Shown here: piece by piece, positions 31,591 to 43,400 of the stretch
Position numbering within the stretch: position 1 is the stretch's first letter
How the letters are laid out: every line of letters starts with the position of its first letter
Assembly (NCBI GenBank): GCA_963823665.1
Contig: CAWGMQ010000008.1
Location: 1,024,001-1,088,000, forward strand
DNA: 64,000 nt
Source of the DNA: an uncultured Planctomycetota bacterium
Lineage (GTDB): Bacteria; Planctomycetota; Planctomycetia; Isosphaerales; Isosphaeraceae
Direction: 5' to 3'
Made by a program: the position numbers and the translations under genes
Notes under the pieces: generated by a model
The model's database searches: none
What the model saw: the letters and a program-made list of their open reading frames with translations, nothing else
What the model was told of the DNA's origin: nothing

Positions 31591-33258
31591 CTAAAAAGCT
31601 CCTAGTATGATCCCGCCTTCCCCTGCTAAGAGTACGAATGTCAACTCCCGCACGGTTGCGTGGGCCTCGCTTGTGTCGATCTTGGCGATGAGCCCCCAGC
31701 CCGTGAATCCGCGTCCAACCGGCCGATAAACGACGAGCACGTCCTGGCCGCGGTAGTCGGTCGTCCGCTCGTGGCCAAACTCCCCTCTGCACGCAGCCGC
31801 CAGGGACGGTAGGCGACTGGCGAGCACTTCAGACAACGGAGATGGGCCGCGAAGCGGACCCCGCGTCGGTGTTATCACCTGAATCGCCTGGCCGTTCTTG
31901 ATTCCCAGCAGGACCTCCCCGCTGTGGTCAAGGCCGGTCGGATCCATAAGCATCGAGGCGATCGGGCTGAAGTCGATCAGCACCATGACGGTTCCGAGGA
32001 GTTTGTGATTGCCATCCCGTACCGCGGCCGAAAGGGGCAATAACGACTTTCCGTCGACTCGACGCGGGGGAAACGCCAGGCTGCCGTCTGGCTACTCGGT
32101 TGATGCTCTCATGCTCGGAAACGAGGCGACCAGATTCGCTGGCCCACTGGAAGCAATGACTTGACCCTGCTCATCCTCGATCCAGACCGCCAGATAATCG
32201 GAAATGTTCGCGAGCACATTCGAGAGCAACGGATCGGCCACACGGCGAAATTGCGCGGGGCTGAGTGGCTCCTCAATTCTCCGCAACAGCAACAGCCGAA
32301 TTCCCGAGCTGCCGACTAGCCACAGTCTGAGGTCGGTCGCCAAATCACCCGCGGTCGAGTACCGGCTGTTCGGCTCCTTGGCCATCGCCTTGAGCGTGAT
32401 CGTCTCGAGGTCGCGAGGAATCCGGTCATTCAGTTGACGCGGTGCTCTGGGCTCCTCGTTGATGACTTGGTGCAAAAGCATTCGCGTGTTGCCACGGAAA
32501 GGTAACTCGCCAGTGAGCAACTGGTAAAGCACCACGCCCAAGCTATAGACATCGCTGCGGCGGTCCACCTCGTGAGATTCGCCTTCCGCCTGCTCGGGAG
32601 ACATATATGCCGGCGTACCCAGGACCTGACCCTCAAGTGTCATCGTGATTTCGGCCGCGTCATGCTTCGCCAATCCAAAGTCCATGATCGATGGCGACCC
32701 GTCATCCCGTAGCATGATGTTCGACGGCTTGATGTCGCGGTGAACGACGCCCTGTTGATGGGCGTGCTCTAGCGCGTCGGCTACCTTTGCTACGATCAGC
32801 GCCGCCTCTCGAAACGTTAGGCTGCCGGCTGTCAAACGGTCTGCGAGCGTTACACCCTCGACCTATTCGCTAACGAGGTACGCAACCCCTTCGAACTCGC
32901 CAACCTCATGCACTGGCACGATCGACGGGTGGCATAACTGCGCGGCACTGCGGGCCTCCCGAAGAAAACGTTCGAGGCCTTGGCGGTCTGGCAGATTTCC
33001 GGAGCGAGGAATCTTCAGCGCCACGATGCGATCGAGACTGGAATCTCGCGCTTTATAGACAGAACCGAACGCGCCGGTTCCAACTATCTGGATCAATTCA
33101 AACTTGGCGAAGTTTCGGACGGCGGATCCACTGCCTGTTTGTGTCGACTCTGTTGCGATCTGGAAGGTAGAGCCGCAAGTCGGGCACAATACGTCGTGCG
33201 GCGTCGGCAAAGACAGGAGCTCGATTTGGGTTCGGCAGTGTGGACAAAACACGTGCAC
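31591..33258 (-). pseudogene. Zn-ribbon Ser/Thr kinase fused to a Cache-like domain, with in-frame TAG stops at 32863-32865 and 32092-32094
   Basis: Three ORFs in one frame. CPHC/CPTC, GTGAFGSV, VALK, HRDIKPSN, DFGLAK, GTPAYMSPEQ, then GLDHSGEVLLG...DYRGQDVL...WGLIAKID (Cache-like). AAGGAGG RBS. Confidence 0.85.
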
Positions 33259-33400
33259 CGCAATCCTCCTTCGCTATGCACCTGTCTCCATCGGCGCTCA
33301 ACGATGGACTTCCTTCAAGTTCGCTGTAACGACCCCGGCGACGCAGACCGTCTTGCCTGAAATATCTGACTTAGTATGGTCGTTGCTGACACGCGAATCC

Positions 33401-34006
33401 ATGCCCTCGGCCACTCATCGAAAGGATCAATCCCGGGAGGTTAAGCTGTTGCGAGCTCGTCGCCGCCGCCAAATCCACGTCGACCATCTGATTCGAACCA
33501 ACTGGAAATCGGGTGATTCCGGTTTCGAGTTGCCTTGTAACTGGAGTACTGCCTACTTGTTGAGTAGAACAGGTAGATCAATGCATTTTTGGTCGCCCGG
33601 CGTCCACTTACTTGATCGAGGTTTGTTTGATGCGACGGCATGGTTCCACTAGCTGGAAAACACCGGATTGCTTGACAAAGAACAGAGGGAGCTCTGGAGT
33701 AGTTACTTGCGATCGCCGAAGTGGTCCTCTTTTCTAAAACAAGTTTTCTTTTTCACCTGTACGTATGAAATATCGCTGAATCGCGAGCTGTCTGAGAAAT
33801 TGAGCAGTAAACCGGGGATGGTCTTGCGGAAGGATGTTCTAACTTCACTCGGCGAGGCGTATGCGACGGCAATCGATTGTTACGGAGCAGATTTTGAGGT
33901 CAACTCGTTGCAGACGGACTCGCCCCGGCAGCAAGCAGTTGCCTGCACAGTCGCCGAAGCGATATTCAACGCGGTCGATCGTGCCGCAAGGAATAACGGA
34001 GAATGA
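33401..34006 (+). pseudogene. Degenerate nucleotide-kinase (thymidylate-kinase-like) gene with in-frame TAG at 33650-33652
   Basis: HLLDRGLFDATAWFH*LENTG...W...VFFFTCTYEISLNRE reads through in frame. The DRG motif and lid-like SLxRE suggest an NMP kinase fold. No intact P-loop found. Confidence 0.45.
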
Positions 34007-34344
34007 GTAGCATGGCCGATGAGGTGATGGTCGTCGAGTCACCTAACTTTCCTTGCTTCCGCGAGAGCGAGGATCCGCTGTCCGTTCTACGAGCGGTGTA
34101 CCGCGACTTCTCTTTCAAGAGAGAAGAAGAGATCGAGCACGAGCCGCAGGCACGGATTGTCGCTGTGAGCGATGATCAGCGTACGGATCCTGAACCGGTC
34201 TCACGTCGAGACTACTTCAAGAACACGTTGGATCCCGTCAAGGCAAAGATTCGTGAGAAGAATGACCGGCCGATCCAACTGATGAAGGTGGTGCAGACGG
34301 AAAAGTACCTCGTGTTCGTTTTCAAGACAAAGACGCCGTTGTAA
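34003..34344 (+). CDS. Hypothetical protein
   Basis: ATGA overlap with the upstream ORF, GGAG RBS, 113 aa. Confidence 0.5.
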   Translation: MSSMADEVMVVESPNFPCFRESEDPLSVLRAVYRDFSFKREEEIEHEPQARIVAVSDDQRTDPEPVSRRDYFKNTLDPVKAKIREKNDRPIQLMKVVQTEKYLVFVFKTKTPL

Positions 34345-34418
34345 CGACCTCCGACGATCCGGAGCGTGCTTTCGAGCTGGTGACACCTGATTGGGATTCG
34401 CAACTCAGGGCGCACACG

Positions 34419-34710
34419 ATGACCACAAATCCGACTCCTATTCGATTCGCAGTTCCACCGGGCTACTTCATCCGTGAGGATCTGGAGGCGCGGGGATGGT
34501 CGCAGGAAACATTGGCCGCCAAGATGGCGCGGCCCTGTCAAGCGGTGAACGCGATTATTAATGGGCACAAGATCATCACGGCCGACACCGCCATCGAGGT
34601 GGGCGATGCCTTCGGCACTTCGGCGATGTACTGGATGAACCTGCAGACCGCCTATCAGCTCTACAAGGCGAGCCAAAAGAAAAAGATCGTCGCGAGCAAC
34701 AAGAAATTAA
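34419..34710 (+). CDS. higA: HigA family antidote / XRE HTH protein (orphan; 3' end uncertain)
   Basis: PPGYFIREDLEARGWSQETLA...IITADTAIEVGDAFGTSAMYWMNLQTAY. As read the frame runs on to 35390. A TAA at 34708-34710 lies one base out of frame after A-runs. Confidence 0.8.
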
Positions 34711-34878
34711 TCGGTCGCAAGGCGCCACTTGGCGGGAAATCCAGACGGAAAGCCGATCCGGTTGGGTACGGAAACCGGGCGAGACGGGCGGAGCGAGGAT
34801 TACCGTCTGCTACAGGTAGGCACGCCTGGTTGTGCGACGAGCGCGCGGCACACGAATGCACCCGCGAGAAGGGACGCA

Positions 34879-34947
34879 CTTTCGCGGAGCGAAAGGCGAC
34901 GATTCGCGCTCGCCAGGGGCGGACGGCACACGGAGTGTGCCTGCTAC
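34879..34947. repeat. Two REP-like hairpins (CTTTCGC-GGA-GCGAAAG; GGCACAC-GGA-GTGTGCC-TGCTAC)
   Basis: Perfect 7-bp stems with GGA loops. The second carries a GTAG end on the minus strand. They lie between convergent genes. Confidence 0.7.
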
Positions 34948-34976
34948 AAGTGGGCGCGGTCGCGGCTCGGAACGAC

Positions 34977-36164
34977 TCAAAGCACGCCCGACTTGCGCCC
35001 GCCCGATTCGTGTTTCTTGCTGGGTTCCTTTCCCTCCAGCTCGTGCTCGAGGCGACCAATGGCCGCCTGCGCTTCGTCAAGTTGCCGGGGATCGGCCTTC
35101 ATGGGATCTTTCTGCCGTTCTCGAAGATCAGCCGCGATGGGCCTCAGGGCCGCGAGGTGCGCGGTGGAAAGGGCACGGTCGGCCGCGACCGGGATGTCGG
35201 GGGTGACTCCGGTTCCCTCCCAGTTCGTCTTGGTGATCGGATTGATCGCGCGGCTGGCTGGAACGAACATGGCGAAATGGTCGTGGAGCCGGCGCATTCC
35301 GCCGGGATGGGCGCCGCCGCCGGTCGTTTCGCCCACGATCGTCGCCCGCTTCAGTGCCTTGAGGTTGTAGGCGAATTCTTCGGCTGCTGAGAACGTGTGC
35401 TTGCTGGTGAGGATGTAAACCGGCTTCCCCTCGTAGCGCTTCCCGGGTAGGTAGGAAATGGTCCACCACTGATGGGTGCGATCCTCGCGACGGAGGTACG
35501 TGTCGTTCAAGTGCACGGGCTCGGGGCCGAAGAGATAAGAGCAGAGAAGGGCCACCATCGTGGGTCCGCCGCCGCCGTTCTGGCGCAGGTCGATGATCAG
35601 TGCATCGGTGTTGGCCAGGAAGTTCATTGCGGCCGCGGCCGTCTCGCCGCCAATCTCGGCGGGCGCGAACATCCTCAGGTCGAGATAGCCGACGTTCCCT
35701 TCAAGGCGATCGACCTTCTCGAAGCCGAAATTCGAGGTGCGCCTGTGCTCGCGCATCCGCTCGCGCATCTCGTTCAGCTTTGCGGCGTCGGGGGGCGCAT
35801 CGGTTGGCTTGGGCAATTCGGGAAAGGGCTCGAGCGAGTAGAAGACGCGGAGATGCTTGTCCTTGCTGACGGCCTGCAATTGATCGGTCAACAGCCCGGC
35901 CAGCTTCTTGGCGCTTTTGATATCGTCGTATTCGTTCTTGCTAAGCCGATTGCGGAGATCGGTTTCGATCCTCGCGGCGGTTTCCGAGAAGACATAGACT
36001 GCCTTCAGTTCTTTGATGATTCCCTCAACCACCGCCTCCCTGGACTTCGAGTCGATGCTCATGTCGGCCTGGTCGTCGCGGATCACCCCTCCATGCCGCT
36101 GCATGGCTGCGGAAACGAGCAGTGTGGTGCTCATTGCGAGCGCGACAGTCATTCGGATCATCAT
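34977..36164 (-). CDS. S41 family peptidase (IRBP-like)
   Basis: DKHLRV, NVGYLDL, LIIDLRQNGGG, TFSAAEEF, GETTGGGAHP, NWEGTGVTPDI. Signal peptide present. Confidence 0.95.
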   Translation of the reverse strand: MMIRMTVALAMSTTLLVSAAMQRHGGVIRDDQADMSIDSKSREAVVEGIIKELKAVYVFSETAARIETDLRNRLSKNEYDDIKSAKKLAGLLTDQLQAVSKDKHLRVFYSLEPFPELPKPTDAPPDAAKLNEMRERMREHRRTSNFGFEKVDRLEGNVGYLDLRMFAPAEIGGETAAAAMNFLANTDALIIDLRQNGGGGPTMVALLCSYLFGPEPVHLNDTYLRREDRTHQWWTISYLPGKRYEGKPVYILTSKHTFSAAEEFAYNLKALKRATIVGETTGGGAHPGGMRRLHDHFAMFVPASRAINPITKTNWEGTGVTPDIPVAADRALSTAHLAALRPIAADLRERQKDPMKADPRQLDEAQAAIGRLEHELEGKEPSKKHESGGRKSGVL

Positions 36165-36247
36165 CGAAATCTCCTTCGGTGCAATTGATTCACAAGAATC
36201 GAATGGAAAACGGAATGGATCGGGGCGATGCGGTCAACAGGAGTTTT

Positions 36248-36898
36248 TCAGCGCGGCGCCGCGGCACGTCGTCGCGGCGTCTTCTTTTTCGGTCGAGACA
36301 TCGCGCGCGGATCGCGCGGGCGAAGGCCCTTGAGCAGGAGATCGGCGATGCGCGCCACGCTGGCCTCGACCGCCGACCGCTCACCCAGCTCGCGGGCGCT
36401 CAAGCTCGACGGCAAGAGCGCATTGGTGGCCAGCAGAAGGGTCCTGGCCGTCGCAGCCGCATCGTCGAGCGCGAACGCGCCTGAAGCGCGGCCGGCGGAA
36501 AGGACGGCGGCGAACATGTCGGCTTCCTGCTCAAAGTAGCCGGACCGCCGCGCCATGTAGGCCGCGCGGAGCGAACGAAAGATCTCGTCGATGCTGTGGT
36601 AATAGTCGCGCACACTGTCGAAGCGGAACAACACGCGCTCTAGCAGCATCCGCCTGAGACGCTCGTCCCAGGAGATGTCGGACGCCATGATCTCTTTCAG
36701 CCGGGTCTTCAAGCGATCGACAACCCGGTCGATCCTCGCGAGCGCAACCTCCTCCTTGCTGGGGAAGTGCAGGTAGATCGTGCGCCGGCCGATGCCCGCT
36801 TCCCGCGCGATGTCGTCCATCGTCATCTTCTGATAGCCAAGCCGGCCCATCAGCCGCTCAGCGGCGTCGAGGATCTGATCACGCGTTCCTTCGCCCAT
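36248..36898 (-). CDS. TetR/AcrR family transcriptional regulator
   Basis: TRDQILDAAERL...MTMDDIAREAGIGRRTIYLHFPSKEE. Confidence 0.95.
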   Translation of the reverse strand: MGEGTRDQILDAAERLMGRLGYQKMTMDDIAREAGIGRRTIYLHFPSKEEVALARIDRVVDRLKTRLKEIMASDISWDERLRRMLLERVLFRFDSVRDYYHSIDEIFRSLRAAYMARRSGYFEQEADMFAAVLSAGRASGAFALDDAAATARTLLLATNALLPSSLSARELGERSAVEASVARIADLLLKGLRPRDPRAMSRPKKKTPRRRAAAPR

Positions 36899-36922
36899 GG
36901 GGTGGCTCTCCGCGGCGCGGTT

Positions 36923-36963
36923 TGCACAACTGCACTATATCAGGCTCTGTGTGCATATTACAA
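36923..36963 (-). promoter_or_regulatory. Sigma70-type promoter with inverted repeat (candidate TetR operator)
   Basis: Minus strand TTGTAA (36963-36958), 18 bp, TATAGT (36939-36934). TGCACA (36923-36928) and TGTGCA (36950-36955) flank the -10. Confidence 0.55.
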
Positions 36964-37171
36964 GTGTGATCCGTCGTCGTCAACGGACGGGTGCGGGAAG
37001 CGCCGCCGCGCGTTGGAACGGTGTGGTCGGGTAGAGCGGAATTGATTCACGGCGAGCGCACAGCTGACAAGTGAGCTCTGGGTATGCGCGAGGGCGTGCG
37101 AGGCGAAATGATGGTCCGCCTGAGTCTGCGCGATCGTATCGCAGAACGCGGTGACCAGGCTTGCCCTGGAA

Positions 37172-39074
37172 CTAGAACTCAATAACTACGTGTGGTGTCC
37201 CCGGAACCAAGCTCTCCGCCGGCGCCGGTTCTTCCTTCCAGGGCCGGCCGGCCAGGCGGTCGAAGTTGGCGATGCTGTAGAGCCAGATCCAGCGGCCCCA
37301 GAGTGCGGGCAGCGCGATCCCGATCAGGCAGGCCAGAGCGACCCAGAGCAATCCTTCTCCGGTGTTGAGCTTGAACCAGTGCAGGGGGTGGTAGACCGGG
37401 TCATGCGGGGCGCCGCGCAGCTCACGATACGAGGCCAGCGAGAGCCAGGCCAGAAACGGTGTTGAGCCCGCGCCCCACACGACGGACTTGAGCCCGGCCG
37501 GTAGCAGAAACGGTAGGGCCGTCGATACCACGGGGAGGAAGAACGTGCTCATGGTGACATTGGCCGATACTCTCAGATCCTTGGCCCGGAGCGCTGCCAG
37601 CATTCCCGACACCAGGAACAACCAGGTCCAGCTTGCCGTGACCAGCACCGTCGCCAGGTAACCCAGTGGATGGATCGCCCCCGAGAGCAAGCCCAGGGTC
37701 CACAAGACGAGTACGATCGTGCCTGTCCCGCGGAGGCGCCAGACGCAGGATCGCAGCTTCCCGCGCAGGATGTCGCGTGCGGAAAGAGGTGTGGCGATCA
37801 AGCTGGACCAGGTCTCTTTCGCCCGCTCACTCTTGATCGCCTCGACGGCGAGGCCTGCGGTGCCAATTGTCAAAATGAACACGAATGGAACCGTCAGGTA
37901 TCGCAGGAAGAGGTTGAAGTCGATTCGGGCCGAGTCGCGCGGAGCGTTCACGCCTGGATTGTCGTAGAACAATCGTTCGATGATGTTGAACTCGGGCTGG
38001 AGCACGGCGGTAGGCCCGGCGCTATATCCGTGATGCCAGAGCTCGACGAAGGCGCGCCGGCCGTAATAGAAAGTGAAATACGCCAGTGTGGCGACCACTA
38101 CGCCGGCAATGCACATACCAGCAAGCTGTCCAAGAAGGTTTCCACGTGTGGTGTGTCTTTCTCTCCAGAATATGGGGTCGTCGCCGACGGAAGGCCTTGG
38201 CCGGAACCGCCACACCGGCAGTGTGAGTCGTCCGGCGAGGCCGTGCCCGTCACCACCGACGCTGACTCGAAACGCACTGCGGAGCCGAGCGATCGCCGCC
38301 AGCATCAACACGACGCCGGCGGCGACCTGAAGGGCGCTCATCCAGCCGATCGTGTGGTAGAGAGCGGCGGGTCTGAAGCCGCCGCGGATGAACATAGGCA
38401 GCAAGGTCAGGGGATTGCTCGCCAGAACCCAAGCGTTCCCCGTCAGGACGAAACCCGGCGGCCTGAGACCGATCCGCGACAAGATCGGCGTCAGCCCCAC
38501 AAGGACCGGTATGACGAACCAGGCGATCAGCCACAGCATCGTGGCGGTGACTGCCCGTCGACCGTCTGGCGCGGCGGTCGAGACCCAGATCGCGATTGCC
38601 ACCACCAGGAACGCCGTCGAACAGAGACCGCCGTAAGCGAGGAGGATCAGCGTGGGATGCACCCCGCCCAGAACGTTCAGGAGCACCACCACCGGGAGCC
38701 CCGCCGCGAGTGACCCGACAAACCCCGCCCCGCATGCGGCCAACTTACCCAGAATGATCTCGGCGTTGCTCAGTCTCGTGGCGAGGAGAAAGCCCAGGGT
38801 CTTGCGATCCAGCTCGGCCGCGATCGAGAGGGCGCCCAGGACCATGATGGCAAGGAGCGATATCAAATGAGCGCCGAAAACAAGGATGAACGTCCTCGCA
38901 GCAATCTGCGACATCGCATCGTGCCCGATGATCCGCGCCAGTGTAGTACGAGACGGCGAAGTTGCCGACCACGATGGCGAGCAGGATCGCCGCGAACGAC
39001 GCCCGCTCTTGCTGCAACTGCCCACGTCGCGCGGCGGTTTTCAACTCGCGACTGAGAATCGGAATGATGGTCAA
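37172..39074 (-). CDS. ABC-2 type transporter permease (duplicated permease domain; frameshift near 38935)
   Basis: PILSRELKTAARR, SIAAELDRKTLGFLLATRLSNAEIILGKL, DDPIFWRE, AIKSERAKETWSSLIATPL. Confidence 0.85.
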
Positions 39075-39294
39075 GGCAATTTCCCGCTGAGAAGGCTCGC
39101 CGCGTGGTCTGGCGGGGTCAGGATTCTTCGATCCTAGCACAACTGTAAGATAGTTGCCAGGTGCCGGTCTCTCGCACCGCCCCCTCACAGTTCTGGAAGT
39201 GCCCATAACTGCTTCCCCGCCAACTCATCTATCTGAAACGGTAGTCGATGAGCTCCGAGAACTGGCTCAGCGAATGCTGGCCTGTCCCGACGTC

Positions 39295-40233
39295 TCATTG
39301 CCACTGTTCCTTCTGGCCTTGGGAGAACAAGCTTGTGGTTATGTGCCGTTCCCCGGTGTCGGCCAGGATCACGACGATCGTCTTCCCGGCGGATTCCTTC
39401 CGGGCGGCCACGGCGAGGGAGGCGTGGACCGCCGCGCCTGAGGAAGCCCCGGCGATGATTCCTTCTTCACGGGCGAGCCGTGCGCGGAGGCAAACGCGTC
39501 GTCATCAGTCACGGCGACCACCTCGTCGAGAATCGAGCGGTTCAAGACGTCGGGGACAAAACCAACACCGATGCCGGGAATCTGATGATTTCCCGCTGGT
39601 CCGCCGGAAAGCACAGCGGCACCCGCGGGCTCAACGGCGATGATGCGCACACCCGGCTTCCGTTGCTTCAGAACCTCGCCCACACCCGTGATTGTACCGC
39701 CTGTGCCGACGGCCGAAACGAAACAATCGACTGCGCCTTGCGTGTCTTCCCAGATCTCGATGGCCGTCGTTCGCCTGTGGATCTGCGGGTTGGCCGGATT
39801 CTTGAACTGGTCGAGGATGATGGAGCCTGGGATTTCCTTCGCGATCTGCTGCGCACGCGCAACGGCGTCGTTCATGAGGATCCCAGGGGTGAGCACGACT
39901 CTCGCTCCGAGCTGCTTGAGCAGCGCGACTCTCTCTATCGACATGGTTTCCGGCATCGTCAAGATGAGCCGGTAGTCTCGAATCGCCGCAACGAAAGCCA
40001 GGCCGATGCCGGTATTCCCACCCGTGGCCTCGACGATCGTCATCCCAGGCTTCAACAGGCCTCGCGATTCGGCATCTTCGATCAGTGCGACGCCGAGGCG
40101 ATCTTTTACACTTCCGCATGGGTTGCGCATTTCTAATTTTGCGAAGATGCGACCGGGGAGGTTCCTCGCCAGTCGCGCGAGCTCGACCAGGGGCGTCTTG
40201 CCTACAGTGGGGATGAGGTTGGGGGTAGGGCAT
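39295..40233 (-). CDS. cysK: Cysteine synthase A (frameshifts near 40224 and 39482)
   Basis: [56 protein letters not shown]. Shifted frame gives GASSGA...DTGERH. Confidence 0.93.
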
Positions 40234-40497
40234 GGGAGGTGCTTTTCGATCGACGGGGCAGCGGAGGTGCAGGAATAGGAGTCCGAGAATTGACTTGCAA
40301 GCGACCGCGTGCTTGCGGTGCGCTGGACCAATCATGGATCGGCGTTTGGACTCTCCAAAGTTGCGTCGGCTTGCCTGCGATTGTACCGCTTTTACAATCG
40401 GTTCGCAGTCGCTATCTCGGCAACCGGCGCCCGATTTGCCGGCTGATCGCTTATGATCTCTGAGGGTCGACGCGATCTATCCTCGGAGGGAGCTGCC

Positions 40498-43400
40498 ATG
40501 GCCGACGCCAGCCTCTGCCCCGAGTGTGGCTGTGAACTGCCGCCGAATTCGCCGGACGGTCCCTGCGCACGCTGCTTGCTCGAGCGGCGGGCGGACAGTG
40601 ACGCTTCGAGACTCGAGCTGGGTGGTACCACTACGGTCACGACACCTTCCCGCTCGGTTGGCGCGAGCGTCTTGGCGAGCCTGGTCGCGAGCGTCGGGGC
40701 GGTCCCACACATCCTGCTGCGCGACTTCGACGCGGCGATGGCAAGAGCGGGTCGCGAGCCCCGGCGCCCCGGAGGTGCCCGCGATCACCGGCGCGGCCGG
40801 CCGGCTCCAGCTTCTCGGCGAGATCGCCCGCGGCGGCATGGGCGCCATCCTCAAGGGCCGGGACGACGACATCGGCCGCGAGCTTGCGGTGAAAGTGTTG
40901 CTCGAGCAGCACCGCGACGACCCCGAGCTGATCCGGCGCTTCATCGAGGAGGCCCAGATTGCCGGCCAGTTGCAGCATCCGGGCGTCGTGCCCGTTTTGG
41001 ACGAGCGAGCCGACGTCTTCGCGCTGGGCTCGATCCTCTGCGAGATTCTCACAGGCAAGCCTGCGTTCCACGGCCGCGGCACGAGCGAGACCCACCGGAA
41101 AGCGGCGCGAGGCGAGCTGGGCGAGGCCTTCACCCGGCTGGATGCCTGCACTGCCGACGCCGAGCTTCGTCACCTGGCGCGCACCTGCGTGGCGCCCGAG
41201 CGAGAGGACCGGCCGCGCGATGCCGGCGGCCTGGCCGACCGTTTGTCCTCTTACATCGCCCGCGTGCAGGAGCGGCTGCGTGCCGCCGAGCTGGCCCGCT
41301 CCGCCGAATCGGTCCGCGCAGAAGAGGGGCAAGCCCGCGCCGCGGTCGAGCGGTCTCGCCGGCGCCGCACGGTCGCCTTGGCGGCCTCATTGCTTGCGAT
41401 CTTGACCATGGGTGGATTGACGTTCACGTACATCGCGCACGAGCGCCAGTCCCGCGCCGCGGCCGCTCTGCGGCTGCTGGGCCGGGCCGCAACCCTGCTC
41501 GACCAGGCGCACGCTATGCCTGAGGAAACGGCTCGCTGGCGCACCGCCTGGGCGGCCGTGCAGCAGGTTGAGGACAACGCCGCCGGCATGGCTAAGGAGA
41601 CCCGCGACCGCTTTGCGCTTCTCAAGGCAGACGCGGCGGCGGGCCTGCGCGAGGCCGAGCGCGACGAGGCGCTGCGGCAGGCGCTGGTCGACATCCGCGC
41701 CAACCAGCAGGATGCCGGCCCCGAAGCGACGGACGCGAGCTACGCGGCCGCGTTCCGCAGCGCGCTTCTGGACATCGATGCCCTGGACGTGACGGAAGCC
41801 GCCGATCGTCTGACGCGGCGACCGGCGGCCGTGGTCGCCGAGCTGGCCGCGTACCTCGATCACTGGTCGGACGCGCGACGCGCGGCTGGGCGACCGGTAG
41901 CGGCGTGGCGGAGGCCACTCGAGGTGGCCCGCGCCGCCGACGCCGACGTCTTCCGCGAGCGGGTGCGAGCCCTGCTTGCTCACGACGACCGCAAGGCCCA
42001 GGCTGCGCAGCTCGTGGCGATGAGCAACGAACCCCTGGCGGGCAAGCTACCCGCCTCGACGGCGGTGCTGCTGGGTGTTGCGCTCGAGGCCGCGGGCGAT
42101 CGGGAGGCGGGAGTCGGACTGCTCCGCCGGGCCGCAGCGCGGCATCCGGGCGACGTCTGGGTCAATTTCGCCCTGGCCAGAGCGCTGGGGCGGCTCAAGC
42201 CGGCGCGGCGCGAGGAGCAGGTGCGGTATTACACGGCGGCGCGCGCCTTGCGGCCGGAGACAGCGCACGATCTGGCCCACTTGCTCGAGGCGATGGGCCG
42301 AAGCGCCGAGGCCGAGGATATCTTTCGCGACCTGGTCGAGCGCCGGCCGGGCATCGCGTGGCATCTGGCCTGTCTCGGCAAGTGCCTGAAGAACAATGGC
42401 CGGGCCGACGAGGCGAAGCAGGTCCTGGACCGCGCAGTCACGACGGCCCGCGCGACGCTCGAGCTGAACTCCGACGATCTCATCGCCCGGAACTTGCTTG
42501 GCATCGCCCTCATGGCCCAGGGCAAGGCGGCTCTTGCCGAGGCTGCGTATCGGGCCGTGGTGGAGAAGAAGCCTGAGCTATTCGTCGCTCACTCGAACCT
42601 CGGCGCGGCTTTGTCGGCTCAGGGCAAGTGGGCTCAAGCCGAAGCCGAATTTCGTGCGGCGATCAAGATCCAGCCGGCCTTTCCCGAGGCGCACTTCAAT
42701 CTTGGCGCCGCGCTCTGGGCCCAGGGAAAGCCGGCGGAGACCGAGGCCGAATATCGCGCGGCGCTCGCGCTTCAGCCTGACTACCCCGATGCTCACAACA
42801 ATCTTGGCACGATCCTGTGGCACCAGGGCAAGCCGGCGGAAGCCGAGGCTGAATTTCGCAAGGCGCTCGAGTTCACCCCCAACAATGCCGAGATCCACTA
42901 CAACCTCGGCCTTGCCCTGCGGGCTCAGGGTAAGCCGGCGGAAGCCGAGGCTGAATTTCGACTGGTGCTGAAGCTCAAGCCCGACCACGCGAGCGCTCAC
43001 AACGAGCTCGGCACCGCTCTGGTGGGCCAGGGCAAGCCAGCGGAGGCCGAGGCTGAATGTCGCGCGGCGATCAGGATCCAGCCCGATCACGTCAGAGCAC
43101 ACTACCACCTCGGCAACGTCCTTTGGACCGAGGGGAAGCTAGCGGAGGCCGAGGCCGAGCTTCGCGCGGCGCTCGATCCCGGAAATGCCGAGGCCCACTG
43201 CAACCGCGGGCTGGTGCTGGGCCGGATGGGGCGGTATGCCGAAGCGCTCGAGGAAGTGCGCCGCGGGCATGAGCTGGGCTCGCGGCGGCCCGGCTGGAAT
43301 CATCCGTCGGCGCAGTGGGTCGGCGACGCGGAGCGGCTGGTAGCGCTGGAAGCGCGTGTGCCTGCCGTCCTCAAGGGCGATGACCGCCCCGCCAGCCCCG

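Noticed and set aside
34380..35390. 336-aa HigA fusion protein
   Set aside because: Beyond the HTH the frame crosses REP hairpins and the antisense strand of the S41 gene. There is no ImmA/IrrE HExxH motif. A lost or shifted stop is more likely.
42518..43231. TPR or DUF11 repeats as diversity-generating retroelement TR/VR pairs
   Set aside because: The repeats are in-frame coding units, differences are not adenine-specific, and no reverse transcriptase is present.
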